DNA from: Malacoraja senta
Lineage: Eukaryota
NCBI GenBank assembly: GCA_038087875.1
Contig: CM075988.1
Span: 9,054,001-9,118,000, forward strand
Direction of reading: 5' to 3'
DNA: 64,000 bases
The translations under genes and the position numbers were made by a program. This document shows, piece by piece, positions 48,840 through 62,045 of this stretch. The first letter of the stretch is position 1; each line of letters opens with the position of its first letter. Under the pieces are notes generated by a model. The model saw only the letters and a list, made by a program, of their open reading frames with translations. It searched no databases and was not told where the DNA came from.

Positions 48840-49465
48840 CACACAAGGATCTGCAGATGCTGGAATCGTGGGCAAAATACAAAGTACTGGAGTAATGCAG
48901 TGAGTCAGGCAGCATCTGGGGAGGGAATGGACAGGTGACGTTTCAGGTCAGCACCAGACTGCTTGTATTAGGAGGGAGAACGTTTGAAAAGAGGGGTAGG
49001 GTTGGGACAAAGTTGGGCAAGTGATAGGTGGATGCAGGTGTGGAGGGTTGATTGTCAGATGGGTGTAATAAATGACATAATCGAGAGATGCAAATGATAT
49101 CAGATAAGAAGAGGAGAGGTATGAAATGTAAAGCTAAAGAGATAGAGATGGTGGAAGTGGGCGAGGGGTAAGTGCAAAGAGGGGCAGGATAGTTGGAGAA
49201 ATGGTTGTGCACTGGGAAGGAGACAGATGGGATGTGGGGGGTATTATTTATTTGGAAAATGCAATGTTTGTACCATTGGGTTGTAAGCTACCCAAGCAGA
49301 ATATGAGGTGTTGCTCTAGTTTGCGTGTGGCATCACTCTGGCAATGGATGAGGCCCAGGTTAGAAAATGTGCGATGGGAATGGGAATGGTAGTTAAAATA
49401 GTTAGCAACTGGGAGATCCAGCAGGCCTTGGTGGACCGAGTACAAGTGTTCAGTGAAAAGATCAC
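48840..49465 (-). mobile_element. Penelope-like element 3' part
   Basis: ORF 49248..49445 (LPVANYFN..SHSH...LEQHLIFCLGSLQPNG.N) and terminal repeat at ~48845-48960. Confidence 0.78.
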
Positions 49466-51144
49466 CTTGGTCCCATAGAGAAAAGGTGATTATAACAGGG
49501 AATAAAATTAATAAATAAATATTTTGTATCTGCCTTTAGAAAACATAATTAAAAAAATTCCAGGGAGTCTAAGATTTAAGAACAGTAATGAACTTAACAT
49601 TATTAATTAAATATCTCAGCATTATAAATGAGATTAGCTGCAGGGGAAATGAATATGAAAGTGATGATCTTAAAGTTCCTAATATTCAGAAACTGTGTAC
49701 CAGCACAGGGAAATATTACAAATGACAGACCTCTTCACAAGGACAGAAAAAGAGGAAAATGAAATCCATTGTTAAGAACATAACAGGACACTTTTAAAAC
49801 TAACGTGTCATTAGGCATGGTCAGCATAGTTCTATGAAAGGGAAATAATGTTTGAAATTCTCAAAGTATGTTTTAAGAATATCATAAAGAATAGATAAGG
49901 GTGAACCACTGAGCTTAGAAATTTGAAAGGCACTTAGTAGGTACCTCAGAAAATATTGTTATTTTAAGTAATGGTGCATTGGTTTCAGATAACTAAAACA
50001 TGGGTAGAGAATTGTTTACAGGGCACAATGTAGAAGCTTGGAATGATCAGGTATTTTTAAGCTGTGCAGGATGTTACCAGTGGTGTAGAAAGGAACTGCA
50101 GATGCTAGTTTACACTGAGGATAGACACAAAATGCTGCAGTAACTCAGCGGGACAGGCAGCATCTCTGGGTAGAAGGAATGGGTGACGTCTCGACCCGAA
50201 ATGTCCATGTTGCCAGTGGTGTAGTGCAGGGGCAATCATGAGACTGTAAACATTCACAGTGTTCGTTGTGAGAAGGTGAGAGTATTATAACACTCCAATC
50301 CAATCCAAAGACATGCACGTTTGTAGGTTAATAGGTTTGTAGGTTGTAAACTTCCCTGGATTGCCCTTAGTTTGTAGGATGTGAAACTGGGATAACGGGT
50401 GACCATTGGTTGGCATGGACTCTGGTGGGCCAAAGGGCCTGCTCCCAACCTGCATCTCTAAAGTAAACTAAACTAAACATCTATTTTCACTGCAGATACA
50501 AAAGAAGACAAAAAGTGGAAGTTGGTTAGGGATCTGAAGGAAAAAGGGATATAGGCAGCTGGATCAGAAAGTGGCAGTGAGGCCATAACTCAGGTGTGAT
50601 GTTATTCGGTTTGGCAGGATTAGCAAACAAATGATAGAAAATGTTGTGAATATGCAGTTTGACGAACTGGCTGATGAAAGGTTCATGAAGGAATTAGCAA
50701 GACGCATTATAAGTTCTTATCACAAAATGGTTGGTATAAAGTAGGGGTGTTTTAGTGTAGTTATAAAGGACTCTGATGAGATCCTAACTGGAGTACCATG
50801 TGCAGTTTTCTTCTCTGTACCTAAGGAGGAATATACTTACCTTGTAGAGAGATAGTTCAGATTCACCAAATTGATTCCTGGGATAAGGTGAATTCGCAGG
50901 ATCGAAAAACTATGGTTTATATTCAAAGGTAATGCAAGATTTTGAATCGAAAAGATAAATACAAAGAAGATTGAGAATCTGAACTGCGGAGGATAGTCAC
51001 AGATAAGAGGTCAACTATGTAAAACAGAGATGAGGAAATGAAAATATGCAGTTGTTCAAAAAGATATCTCACCACCACCTTCTCAAGGGCAAATAGGGAG
51101 GGGCAATTGTTCATGGCTTAGCCTACAAAGCCTCCATCCCTTTG

Positions 51145-51435
51145 TTCAGTTTAGAGATACAGTGCGGGAATAGGCCCTTCAGCCCACTGAGTCCACGCCA
51201 ACCAGCGATCCCTGCACATTAACACTATTCTACACACACTAAGGACAATTTTTACATTTACCAAGGCAGTTAACCTGCAAACCTGTACGTCTTTGGAGTG
51301 TGGGAGCAAACCGAAGGTATCGGAGAAAATCCAGACAGGTCACGTGGAGAACATACAAACTCCGTACAGACAGCACCTGCAGTCGGGATCTCTGGTGCTG
51401 CAAGCGGTGTAAGGCAGCAGCTCCACCGCTGCACA
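51145..51435 (-). mobile_element. HE1-like V-SINE
   Basis: Reverse complement of the SINE consensus. Confidence 0.8.
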
Positions 51436-51771
51436 ACAATGCCATGAATTAATATGAAAAGTGAACAGGGCCAGGCAGAGAGTTGGCCATTACCCGGCAG
51501 AGTGTGGATTAGGCTGGAGAGACTGTGTGACCTACTTGCTCCTCTTTCTTGTCTGCTTAAAACACATGGTCCATTCGTTGACTCTATTCTGGATCTCCAG
51601 CAAAACCTTCTGTATGTTTCCTGACCCACAGAACAGATTTGATGTTATTTAATGCAACTGATCTGGTTCCTTTTCTCAGCACTTTCAAGGTTTCTCCCTG
51701 TGAGCTTTCTCAGCTCTTACTGGGCAGTCTATCCAGGGTGGAAATGACCCACTGAAAGGTCTCCTTTTATT

Positions 51772-52445
51772 AGAAACATAGAAACATAGAAAATAGGTGC
51801 AGGAGTAGGCCATTCGGCCCTTCGAGCCTGCACCGCCATTCAATATGACCATGGCTGATCATCCAACTCAGTATCCTGTACCTGCCTTCTCTCCATACCT
51901 CCTGATCCCTTTAGCCACAAGGGCCACATCTAACTCCCTCTTAAATATAGCCAACGAACTGGCCTCAACTACCTTCTGTGGCAGAGAGTTCCAGAGATTC
52001 ACCACTCTCTATGTGAAAAATGTTTTTCTCATCTCGGTCCTAAAGGATTTCCCCTTTATCCTTAAACTGTGACCCCTTGTCCTGGACTTCCCCAACATCG
52101 GGAACAATCTTCCTGCATCTAGCCTGTCCAACCCCTTAAGAATTTTGTAAGTTTCTATAAGATCCCCCCTCAATCTTCTAAATTCTAGCGAGTACAAGCC
52201 GAGTCTATCCAGTCTTTCTTCATATGAAAGTCCTGATATCCCAGGAATCAGTCTGGTGAACCTTCTCTGTACTCCCTTTATGGCAAGAATGTCTTTCCTC
52301 AGATTTGGAGACCAAAACTGTACGCAATACTCCAGGTGTGGTCTCACCAAGACCCTGTACAACTGCAGTAGCACCTCCCTGCTCCTATACTCAAATCCTT
52401 TTGCTATGAATTCTAACATACCATTGGCTTTCTTCACTGCCTGCT
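51772..52445 (-). mobile_element. Young 5'-truncated CR1 LINE
   Basis: Uninterrupted 142-aa ORF2 C-terminus (KKANGML.FI..G.EYRS.EVLLQLY..LVRPHLEYCVQFWSP...RGDLIETYKI) and (atgtttct)n tail. Confidence 0.92.
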
Positions 52446-52449
52446 ATTG

Positions 52450-52757
52450 TTGGTTTAGTTTAGAGACACAGCAAAGCAACAGGCCATTCAGCCCACCGAG
52501 CCCGTGCTGACCAACGACCACCCCATGCACAAACACTATCCTACACACTAGGGGCAATTTACAATTTTACCGATGCAAATTAACCTACAAAACCTGTATG
52601 TCTTTGGAGTGTGGGAGGAATCCAGAGCACCTGACGAAATCCCAGGTGGTCACAGGCAGAACGTACAAACTCTGTACAGACAGCACCAGTAATCAGGATC
52701 AAACCCGGATATCTGGCTCTGTAAGGCAGTAACTACACCTCTATGCCGTTGTGCCGT
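52450..52757 (-). mobile_element. HE1-like V-SINE
   Basis: Reverse complement of the SINE consensus. Confidence 0.8.
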
Positions 52758-52804
52758 CCGTGTATATTCAGTATCCTTCTTTAATTTCTTTAATTGAGAG
52801 ATCT

Positions 52805-53185
52805 TGCCCACAGCCTCAAAGTACTTTTGAAGTCGTTACATAATCAATTTCTGCAGTCTCTTGTGTCTCTGATCAATTACCATAATCAAGATCACCAGCA
52901 TCAATGGGATAATGATCAGGTCATTTGTTTCTGTGGTGTAGAATATTAGCCACACACTAGACATTGCTTCCCTGTTTCACCAGATGTATCACAGGATCTT
53001 TTGTGCCCACTTGTGAGGGCATTATATATTTTGCCTGCCAGGAAAACACAAACCTCCAATAATACAACACTCCTCTACATTCAACTGGAGAGTCCTGACA
53101 GATATTGGGTTTATATGAAATGAGATTGAATCTATAATCTTCTAATGCAGAGGAGAAAATTCTGTTAACTGAGCCAAAGCTGGCA
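52805..53185 (-). mobile_element. Ancient Deu-domain SINE remnant (SacSINE1/AmnSINE1-like)
   Basis: Recognisable Deu-domain words: aagtacttttgaagt, gataatga.cag, aatatt.gcca, ggatctttt, acctcc.a.a.t.ca.cactcc. Confidence 0.5.
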
Positions 53186-54109
53186 CTTCATAGATTATTT
53201 TTGTGTTTTTTGTTTTCCATGCAATACAATGGTCTCTGAATGTCTGGAAATATTGGAGCTCTACCTACTTGTAAAATGATTAGCTCATTCAGTGTTTAGG
53301 GTGACACGGTGGCGCAGTGGTAGAGTTGCTGCCTTACAGTGCCAGAGCCCTGGGTTCCAACCTGACTATTCTCCCTGCAACAACGTGGGTTTTCCCCAGG
53401 TGCTCCGGTTTCCTTCCACACTCAACAGACGTCAGGTTCGATCCTGACTCTGCGTGCTGTCTGTATGGTGTTTGTATGTTCTCCCTGTGACTGCGTAGGT
53501 TTTCTCTGAGTGCTTTAGTTCCTCACACATTCCAAAGAATACAGGTTTATCGGTCAATTCGTGCTAGTGTACAGTGCGGACTCGGTGGGCCGAAGGGCCT
53601 GTTTCCATGCTGTATCGCTACACTAAACAGTGAAACTCGGCCTCACCTATAGCCTGTAATATTGGTTGTGGGTGGCTAAAGCTTTAAATATCCCCTCATA
53701 CACCCTGCCCAGGACTCTTCAAACATGCAGCACATCTAGGGCCAAGGAATAGCAACAGCTTTTATTTATGTAACACTTATAATTTGGGAATGTCTTCCAG
53801 GTTATTCCACAGCATGTTCAATCAAGATTTGACAAGGAGCCAAAGAGCAGACATCAGGGAAGTTTAACAAACCTTTGGTTAGAGGAAAACACAAAGTGCT
53901 GGAAGAACTCAGCAGGTCAGGCAGCAACTGTGAAGGAAATGGACAGACAATGTTTTAACTTGGAATCCTGCTTCAGTCTCAAGAAGGGTCCCAGCCCAAA
54001 ACTTTATCATACAGATGCTACCTGACACGTTGAGTGTAGTTCCTCGTGCCTCCATTTATCAAAAGAATACGTTTTAAGAAGTTTGTAACTAACCCTTCAA
54101 CCACGGTGC

Positions 54110-54410
54110 GGCACAGTGGCGCAGCGCTAATGTTGCTGCCTCACAGCTCCAGAGACCCGGGTTCGATCCTGACCACCGGTACTGTCTGTATGGAGTTTCT
54201 ACGTTCTCCCTTTGACCATGTGCGTTTTCTCTGGGTGCTCTGGTTTTCTCCCACACTCCAAAGACGCACAGGTTTGTACGTTAATTGGCTTTGGCAAAAA
54301 TTGTGAATTGTCCCTAGTGTGTAGGATAGTGTATGGGGGGGTCGATCGCTGGTCGGCGCGGACTCAATGGGCTGAAGGGCCTGTTTCCACACTGTATCTC
54401 TAAATTCTAA
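54110..54410 (+). mobile_element. HE1-like V-SINE (its 3' part is duplicated at 46271-46485)
   Basis: A/B boxes, V-domain, tail. Confidence 0.85.
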
Positions 54411-54715
54411 AAGACTATTGTCAAAGCCATAGCGAGTGTCAATGTCAATGGTCCTTTCTCCTCATAAAGTCACTGATTGCTGATCCATCAGGGATGAAAA
54501 AAGATTTTCCATGTGTTATTACCACAGAAAGTCTGTAATAAAACTCCCCACCCCTCTCTGTTCCACTTCCACCTACAGAATGCTACATGCTCATCTTTAC
54601 ACTCATCATCTCTTTACAGAGATTATTTATGGAAAGGTGGTTATCTCTAGTTTCAAAGGAGAACAAGTTACTAAGGTACATGCTTTTCTTTCTGAAACAA
54701 AAAGAGTGCTTTGGT

Positions 54716-55026
54716 CGGCACAGTGGCAGAGCACTAGAGTTGCTGGCTTACAGCACCAGAGACACAGGTTCGATCCTGACTATGGGTGCTGTCTGTACGG
54801 TGTTTGTACGTTCTCCCTGTGACTGCGTAGCTTTTCTCTGAGTGCTCTAGTTCCTCACAAAGATGTACAGGTTTGTAGGTTAATTGGCTTCAGCAAAAAT
54901 TGTAAATGATCCCCAGTGTGTAGTGTGTAGGATGGTGCTAGTATATAGGGTAATCACTGGTTGTCGTGCACTTAGTGGGCTGAAGGACCTGTTTCCGCGC
55001 TGTATCTCTAAAGTCTAAAGTAAAGT
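54716..55026 (+). mobile_element. HE1-like V-SINE (duplicated at ~46790-47100)
   Basis: A/B boxes, V-domain, tail. Confidence 0.82.
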
Positions 55027-56145
55027 ATTATACTTGGTACTTTAGGTGAGAGAATTCCAAAGTGCAGAACCCAGACAATTCAAGGCATGATTGTTGATGG
55101 TGTTTGAATGGGTGGTGGTGGGGGTGGGGGTGGTGTGGTGAAGGGAGGGGTGAATAGCATTGGGTACAGGGATAGAAACCTAGAATTGGAGCAATGCAGA
55201 GGTGTGAAGAAAGACTGAGACTTGGGAGAGGATTTAAATGGAGGGATTTGAAAACACAAGGAACACAAGGTAGATGATCAGCATTTGGTTCATTGTGATC
55301 CAGTCTGTAGAAGAAGGAAGGAAGGAAAGAAATGAAGAAAGCAAAGAGGTTCACTTGGTAGTACGGCAAATTAATATAGTGCAGAGTTTGTTATTGGGCT
55401 CTGACGATTATTCCTTTTGGTATACGTTGCCAGATTTAACTGAGTATATAAATGCAATTTATTCATATTATGTAAGTATTAGTCAGTGTTCCTTGCCTGG
55501 AGGGGTCATAAAATCAGCCACAGTGTCCATTCCTTTTTATTATTACTGTACCTGCAGTGTCTAGCTGGAAGTGTTTGCTGATAGTTGAGATGGATGGGGA
55601 GGTCCACCTTTGCCCAGCGATGTCTAATGTCCAGCTGGCAAATGCAGATGGTGTTTCTGACCTGGCAGCAGAATCTGTGAGATTCCATTTTGCAGAAAGG
55701 GCGACGTGAAATTGCCGACTGAGCCAGAGCGATAAATCTGAAGAGTAAATCAAATGATTAAAGATGAGGTGATGTGCTAAAAATTGCAACACCTCTCAGA
55801 GAAAACTGGGTTATTATCAATTGCATCTCCCTCTCCGGGAGAACCTTGTCAAGCTGACTTCCTCCTGTCTGAGTTTGGAAATGCGTGAGAATGTGTGCAA
55901 ATGGTTCTTGTTTCAAGGAGCCAATTAGCCACAGTTAGCAAGACGCAGAAGGAAAGGTTATTCTTTTTCAATTGCAGCTATAATAGTGTCTGAGCATGTT
56001 TACTTTGTCACGCTGTGGCTGAGAATTTTTTATCTCGTGTTTTCGAGTTATCAACATATGCATCTTAATAACACCGTATCTTGTGTTTAAAATAAAAGAC
56101 AGCAACCTTTTCCAGAAAGAATGTTTGTAAAGAGACAAAGAAAAT

Positions 56146-56265
56146 TGGGGAGGGTGGGGTGATGGCTGGGGGGAGGGAGGAGGGGCGGGGTGGAGATGGG
56201 GGGTGGAGATGGGGGGGAGGGAGGGGGCGAGAGGGGGGAGGAGATGGGAGGAGATGGGGGGGGGG
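56146..56265 (+). repeat. G-rich polypurine tract (G-quadruplex-prone)
   Basis: Many GGG+ runs separated by short linkers. Confidence 0.75.
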
Positions 56266-56662
56266 ATTTCATACCAGTGGAAGTTGGACAACAAATGTGA
56301 GGGAGATGAGTCCGTAATGTTCCAGGTGCAGTCTCACCTGAGCCTACAATACCCTGATACCGCAACATGAAAGCTTACATCTTACTGCACCTATATTTTA
56401 TCACAGACTCCAAGGAAGGAAAACACATAGAAAAATCCATCTTCAGTAAAAACATCGAGAATCTATAAACTTACTGGAAGAATTCACCATCAACCTCCAC
56501 TACTTATATATAATACTTATGAATGCACAGTGCTGTGAAGAATATTTATCACAAGCATCCATTATGTAATAAGCTTTGCCTTTCACATCCTGTCTTCTTA
56601 TGGAACTGCTCCTAAATCATCCTTTTTGTAATGGGACTGGAAGAATTTAGGTACTGGATAGG

Positions 56663-56982
56663 GCAGCACGGTGGCACAGAGGCAGAGTTGCTGCCTTACA
56701 GCACCAGAGACCTGGGTTCGATCCTGATTATGGGTGCTGTCTGCATGGAGTTTGTACGTCCTGCCCGTGACCTGCGTGGGTTTTCTCCAGGTGCTCCAGT
56801 TTCCTCCCACATTCCAAAGACGTACAGATTTGTATGCTAATTGGCTTGGTAACATTGTAAATTGTCCCGAGTGTGTGTAGGATAGTGTTATTGTGCGGGA
56901 ATCGCTGGTCGGGTCAGACTCAGTGGGCTGATGGGCCTGTTTCCATGCTGTATCTCTAGACTAAACTAAACTAAACTAAACT
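56663..56982 (+). mobile_element. Full-length HE1-like V-SINE
   Basis: tRNA head, V-domain, CR1-like tail, (ctaaa)n. Confidence 0.87.
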
Positions 56983-57957
56983 GGGTCGACCATGAGCAGT
57001 GGATTGGTTACACATCTCTAAGTCACCTTGACAGCTGAAACTTCTTAATTATTTCCCGGTTCAAGTAGAAGACAATTTGAAACATTAGAACAGAAGTAAT
57101 TGAAGCAGGAGTAGGCAATTTGCCCCCTCGTGTATGTTCTGACACTCACTGAGGTCATGGCTGATCTTTTACTTCTTTATCATTTCCCAGCACTAATTTG
57201 ATTCTCAATCTTTACAATCATCTATCGTTCTCTGTTTATAATATACTCAGCCACTCCTAGTAGCCCTCCTAGATGGAGAATTCCAAGATATGCTACACTC
57301 CAGATGAAGAATTGTTATCTTATCTCTGTCCTGACCTTATTTCAAGACAGTGGCTCCTGGTTTTAGACTCCCTAACCAAGGTCAACATCATGTCCACATC
57401 TACCTCATTAAACCCCACAAGCATTTTATGTACATCAACAGGAATACCTCTCATTCTTCTAAATGGGGTGGAGTGTAGAGATAATCTGCTTAGTTCATGT
57501 TCATCCTTGTGGCCCTTGTGGCTAAAGGGATCAGGGGGTATGGAGAGAAAGCAGGTACAGGATACTGAGTTGGATCATCATCCATGATCATATTGAATGG
57601 CGGTGTAGGCTCGAAGGGCCGAATGGCCTACTCCTGCACCTATTTTCTATGTTTCTATCAGTGATAGGAGTAGCATCAGGCCATTCAGCCCATCGTCTAC
57701 CTTTGATCTATCTTTCCCTCTTAACCCCATTAATCTCTCATTAGACAATCCCTTCTTTCCAGCAAACAATCTTCATTGCACTCTATTGCAAGCATTTTCT
57801 TCCTAAGCTGGGAAACCAGGTGTGTCTGTGGTATTCCAGGTGCATATTCACCTGAGCCTGATACTCCAACACTGCAAGATAAAAATATGCTGCACCTGTA
57901 TTTGGTATAATATCTTTAATTATCACAGAGATGCCATAAAACTATGCTCTGTGGCAT

Positions 57958-58250
57958 AGTTTAGTTTAGTTTAGAGATACAGCATGGAAACAGGCCCTTC
58001 GGCCCACCGAGTCTGCACCGACCAGCGATCTCCGCACACTTACATTATCCTACACCCACAAGGGACAATTTACAATTATACCAAGCCAATTAACCTACAA
58101 ACCTGTACGTCTTTGGAGTGTGGGGGAGAAACTGGAGATCCCAGAGAAAAGCTACACAGGTCACGGGAAGAATGTACAAACTCCGGACAGACAAGCACCC
58201 ATAGTCAGGATTGAACCTGGGTCTCTGACGCTCCACCGCTGTGCCACCTT
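57958..58250 (-). mobile_element. HE1-like V-SINE
   Basis: Reverse complement of the SINE consensus with (tttag)n. Confidence 0.83.
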
Positions 58251-61010
58251 GCACTAAGCTTGAAGCTCATCTTGTCAATTTGGCATATACGGTTGCCTTA
58301 AAGTAAAAGCGTTGTGACATGTGTCTGGGGAGCAATCAGTGACTTACATAATACTGTGCCGATGGATGCACCAAGCCGAGAATTCCCAGAACAGAATGTT
58401 CCCTGATTTATTGAGGCAGTGCCATTGTTTGTAAATAAAAATAACGAGATAGATGTAGAAATGATGTTGACCTTGGTTACGGTATCTAAAACCATGGAAT
58501 TTGAAAATGATGCTACCTTTAAAAAAGCTTATCGCCTGCAGGAGAGATGAAAATGAGACATTGCAAATATATAATAGCCATGTGTGGTGAGTAGAATAGT
58601 GATTGGCGGAGATGCTGGTTTACCCAGGGAGTTGTTATAACCTGGAACTTACTGCCATATGGAAGGTGAAGTATGTCACAGGAACATCGATAAACAAAGA
58701 ATGGAGAAAGGAGGAGAGAGAAAAGCATGCAAATAGTGTTGGATGAAAGGGGTTGCAGGAATATTGCGTGAGGCACAAACATTAGCGTGGACCCGCACAC
58801 ATTTATCTCTGTAATCCCTTTCCCTCAGCAAGCTGTGAATTCCAGCACTTGCAAAATCATTGCAAGTCTTTGGCTGCACTCTCCAACGTTATCTTCCTGT
58901 CTCAATAACCCTGTCCCTGGTGCAACCCCCCAGATATGCTGATTGTTCCAAACCCAAGTGTAATCTTTATGGAGATAGACGCAAATTGCTGGAGTAACTC
59001 AGCGCGGGACAGGCAGCATCTCTGGAGAGAAGGAGTGGGTGACGTTTTGGGTCGAGACCGGAAATGTCACCCATTCCTTCTCACCAGAGAAGCTCAAAAT
59101 GCTGGAATAAGAGACTCAAAATGCTGGAATAAATCATCAGTTTAAACCAGCATCTGCAGTTCCTTCCTACACGTAATCTTTATGGAGTCGGCTTGCCTTG
59201 GTTTTGCTGTCCTTGTTCCTGTAGCTGGTAATAGTCATGGGTTTGGAAGGTGCTTTCGAAAGAGCCCTGAAAAGGAATCATCAGCCGCTCAAACCAGCAT
59301 CACTGGGTCATTCTCTTTAGTGCGATAATTGTACTTACCTATTCTAACCATTATCATTGCTTTTTTAAGAAGCAACAACTTGGTGCCGACAATCTTGAAT
59401 TGCAGAAATATATAACTTATTCATGAGTTGGATTATGATTGCTTAGAACTATTTTAGTGCAATTGTTAAATTATCCAATTAATATGTGGACTAAAGCATT
59501 GATTGCATATGGCTAATCCTTTAAATATCTGCTCTGAAATCTCCTTTACTGATTATTCTGAGGCATAAATTTGAAACCTGCAATGGCAGCTGTGAATTTT
59601 TAATTCAAATTTAAATCAGTCTGAAAGAAAAAGTGAATTTTAGAAATGATGAGCATGAGCATTTAGACAAAGATAAGACCTCAGTTCCAATAACTGATTT
59701 TTGAGCTGTACTAAAGTATTATCAATGCTGAATTCAGTACCAGTTGTAAATCAGTCGTGTTCTCTACAGATGGAGATTTAAGTAAGCACGTCAGCTGTGT
59801 AGAATTACAGATGTCCTGTCTTGTACATACTTCTAGCACCCTCTTACCAGTCCACTGGAAAGATAATTGATTGGGAATTTAAAGCTCGTGATTGATCAAA
59901 ACCATTAAAATAGTAAATTGAAGCTCCTAGTATTCAATGTACAGCTTTGTCAGGGGAATTGTCATAAAATGGTTACATTATGGGCCTAATAATGAACAGA
60001 TGATACGCAGAAATGATCAACTGCTACTGTGACAATTGGGGTATTTAAATGCACAGTTAAATTGCAATTTAATTGGAATTTAAAGATAGTTCCAGTAGTG
60101 GTGATTATGAAACCACTGCATTGCTGTAAATCCCATCAACCTCATCATTGAACATTATGGAAAGAAGGAGGCTTTCCTTAACTGGTCTGTGACATTGGAT
60201 CCACAGCAATATGATTAACTCTTCATGCCCTCTAAACTGGGCAAAAAAAGCCATTCAGCATCATAGACAATAAATATATTTTTACTTCCAGCATTTCCAT
60301 TGTTCTTGATGTAAATTTTAAGCACTTTATTAATGCCTTAACTGTCCTTTCATTTCCAGAAGATGCATATGTCCTTCAACTTGATCGTTACAATTAACCT
60401 ATGAATAAGCCACAAAAGGCAACAAATAAATTAATGATCAATAGAGTAATGAATTAGTTAAATCCTGTGTTTAGCTAATTCTTCCATCCAGGACTCCTTA
60501 GACAGTACCTTCCAAATCCATGACATCTAACATCTGGAAGGACAAGGGCGTAGAAGCAGCAGGGACATCATGTATTGAAAAGCATGGAACACTAGATTCT
60601 TGATTAGTACAGGTGTCAGAGGTTATGGGGAGAAGGCAGAAGAATGGGGTTAGGAGGAAGAGATAGGTCAGCCATGATTGAATAGTAGAGTACATATGAT
60701 GGGATGAATGGCCTAATTCTACTCCTATTCCTTATGACCTTATGATTATCACCTGAAAGTTGTCCTCCAAACCATATACCATCCTGACATGGAAGTATAT
60801 CGCCACTCCTTCACCGTCACTGGGTCAAAATCCTGGGACTGCGTCCCGGACAACATTGTGCATGTACCCACACCATTGAAGAAGGCAGCTAAATGGTGTC
60901 TTCCCGAGCCACTCAGGATGGGCAATTAAATGCTGGCTCAGCTTGTAAAACCCACTTCATTTAATATATTTTCATTCAATTTCATATATTTCCCTTCAAT
61001 GACTAGATCA

Positions 61011-61042
61011 GTCTGAAGAAGGGTCTCGACCCGAAACGTCAC
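61011..61042 (+). ncRNA. Minimal type I hammerhead ribozyme-like motif in a Penelope-derived terminal repeat (repeat spans ~61008-61107)
   Basis: CUGAAGA-A-[GGGU cucg ACCC]-GAAA-CGUC with palindromic ACGU in place of stem III; stem I is only 2 bp. Confidence 0.5.
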
Positions 61043-61702
61043 CCATTCCTTCTCTCCAGAGATGCTGCCTGTCCCGCTGAGTTACTCCAGCATTTTGTGT
61101 CTATCTTTAATACATTTAAAAAATGGATAGTCGTGGATGGAATAAATATTGAATGGGAACTTTGACTGATTTTCCAACTCCCTGATGCAAATGATCCTGA
61201 GCTTTGGCTGGAATTGTTGTTCCATTTCATGGCCTGCACACCTGATATTATAGATTTTGACACAGGGACCTGACATCGGTGCTGTGTTTGTTCCAGCTCC
61301 ACTTGCACGTGCTGCTTTAGACTTTGGCCAAGACATTTGCGACATCTGTGAATATCGTCTGTTGACTTGGACAATGTTTGGGAGGAGGTGGGAGAGGTAG
61401 GAAGACTGGAAACCCAGGATGGGAGAGAGTAAGAAACAAATCCAACACCCACGTAAATATTATGGTGCAAGAGTGGCTGGCATTGTTAGATCTGCTTTGC
61501 AGTTTGCCGTTTAACTCCCACCTGTGTGCTAAATCCTGTTGGATTTTGTAGTAATCTCCAAACCAAATACATTTAATATTTGCATTTTATTTTCAACTTG
61601 TGTCATGTTTGCTTGCAGATAAGCCTTGCTTGCAAGAGCCAACTTTTTTGTGAGTAACTTGGTTTCTAAAAGCTGTTTTTTCTTCCCTTGTTTTCCATGA
61701 AG

Positions 61703-62045
61703 GTCAACAAAGAGGAAACCTGCGTGAAGCACGAGGAGGAAGACGTCCTCGACATCCCCCTGGACGACGAGGAAGCAAACGCGGCCGCGGCGAAGATCCA
61801 GGCCAGTTTCCGCGGCCACATGACCAGGAAGAAGCTCAAGGGCGGAGAGAAGGATGAATCCGAGCTGAAGGCAGACGGCACGAGGGATTGTGAGGAAGAT
61901 GCGCCCGCGGATGGGCCCGACGAGACCAGTGCGAGTGCCGGAGACTCGGGAGCAACTGATGCAGGCAAGGAAGGAAAAGAGCAGAGCGGGGCTACCGAAA
62001 AGGCAAAGGATGGGGCATCTGTTAATGGGGACCAGTCAGAGACAG
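61703..62045 (+). CDS. NRGN: Neurogranin-like gene, exon 2: IQ calmodulin-binding/PKC-site motif plus acidic GAP43-like tail
   Basis: Polypyrimidine tract then aag|GTC (phase 0). Encodes VNKEETC...[38 protein letters not shown]...; GC/CpG-rich codon usage. Candidate donor CAG|gtactg at 62045/62046, otherwise reads through to the stop at 62095. Confidence 0.88.

Larger units (their letters stand above)
45791..55496 (+). repeat. Complex local duplication A-B-A'-X-B' in the intron
   Basis: A 45791-46270 ~ A' 47565-48044; B 46271-47567 ~ B' 54216-55496. Duplicated peptides appear in the ORF track (e.g. 46585 vs 54511, 47102 vs 55028). Confidence 0.93.

Noticed and set aside
61529..61968. Minus-strand ORFs overlapping exon 2
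   Set aside because: Antisense shadows of a GC-rich coding exon.
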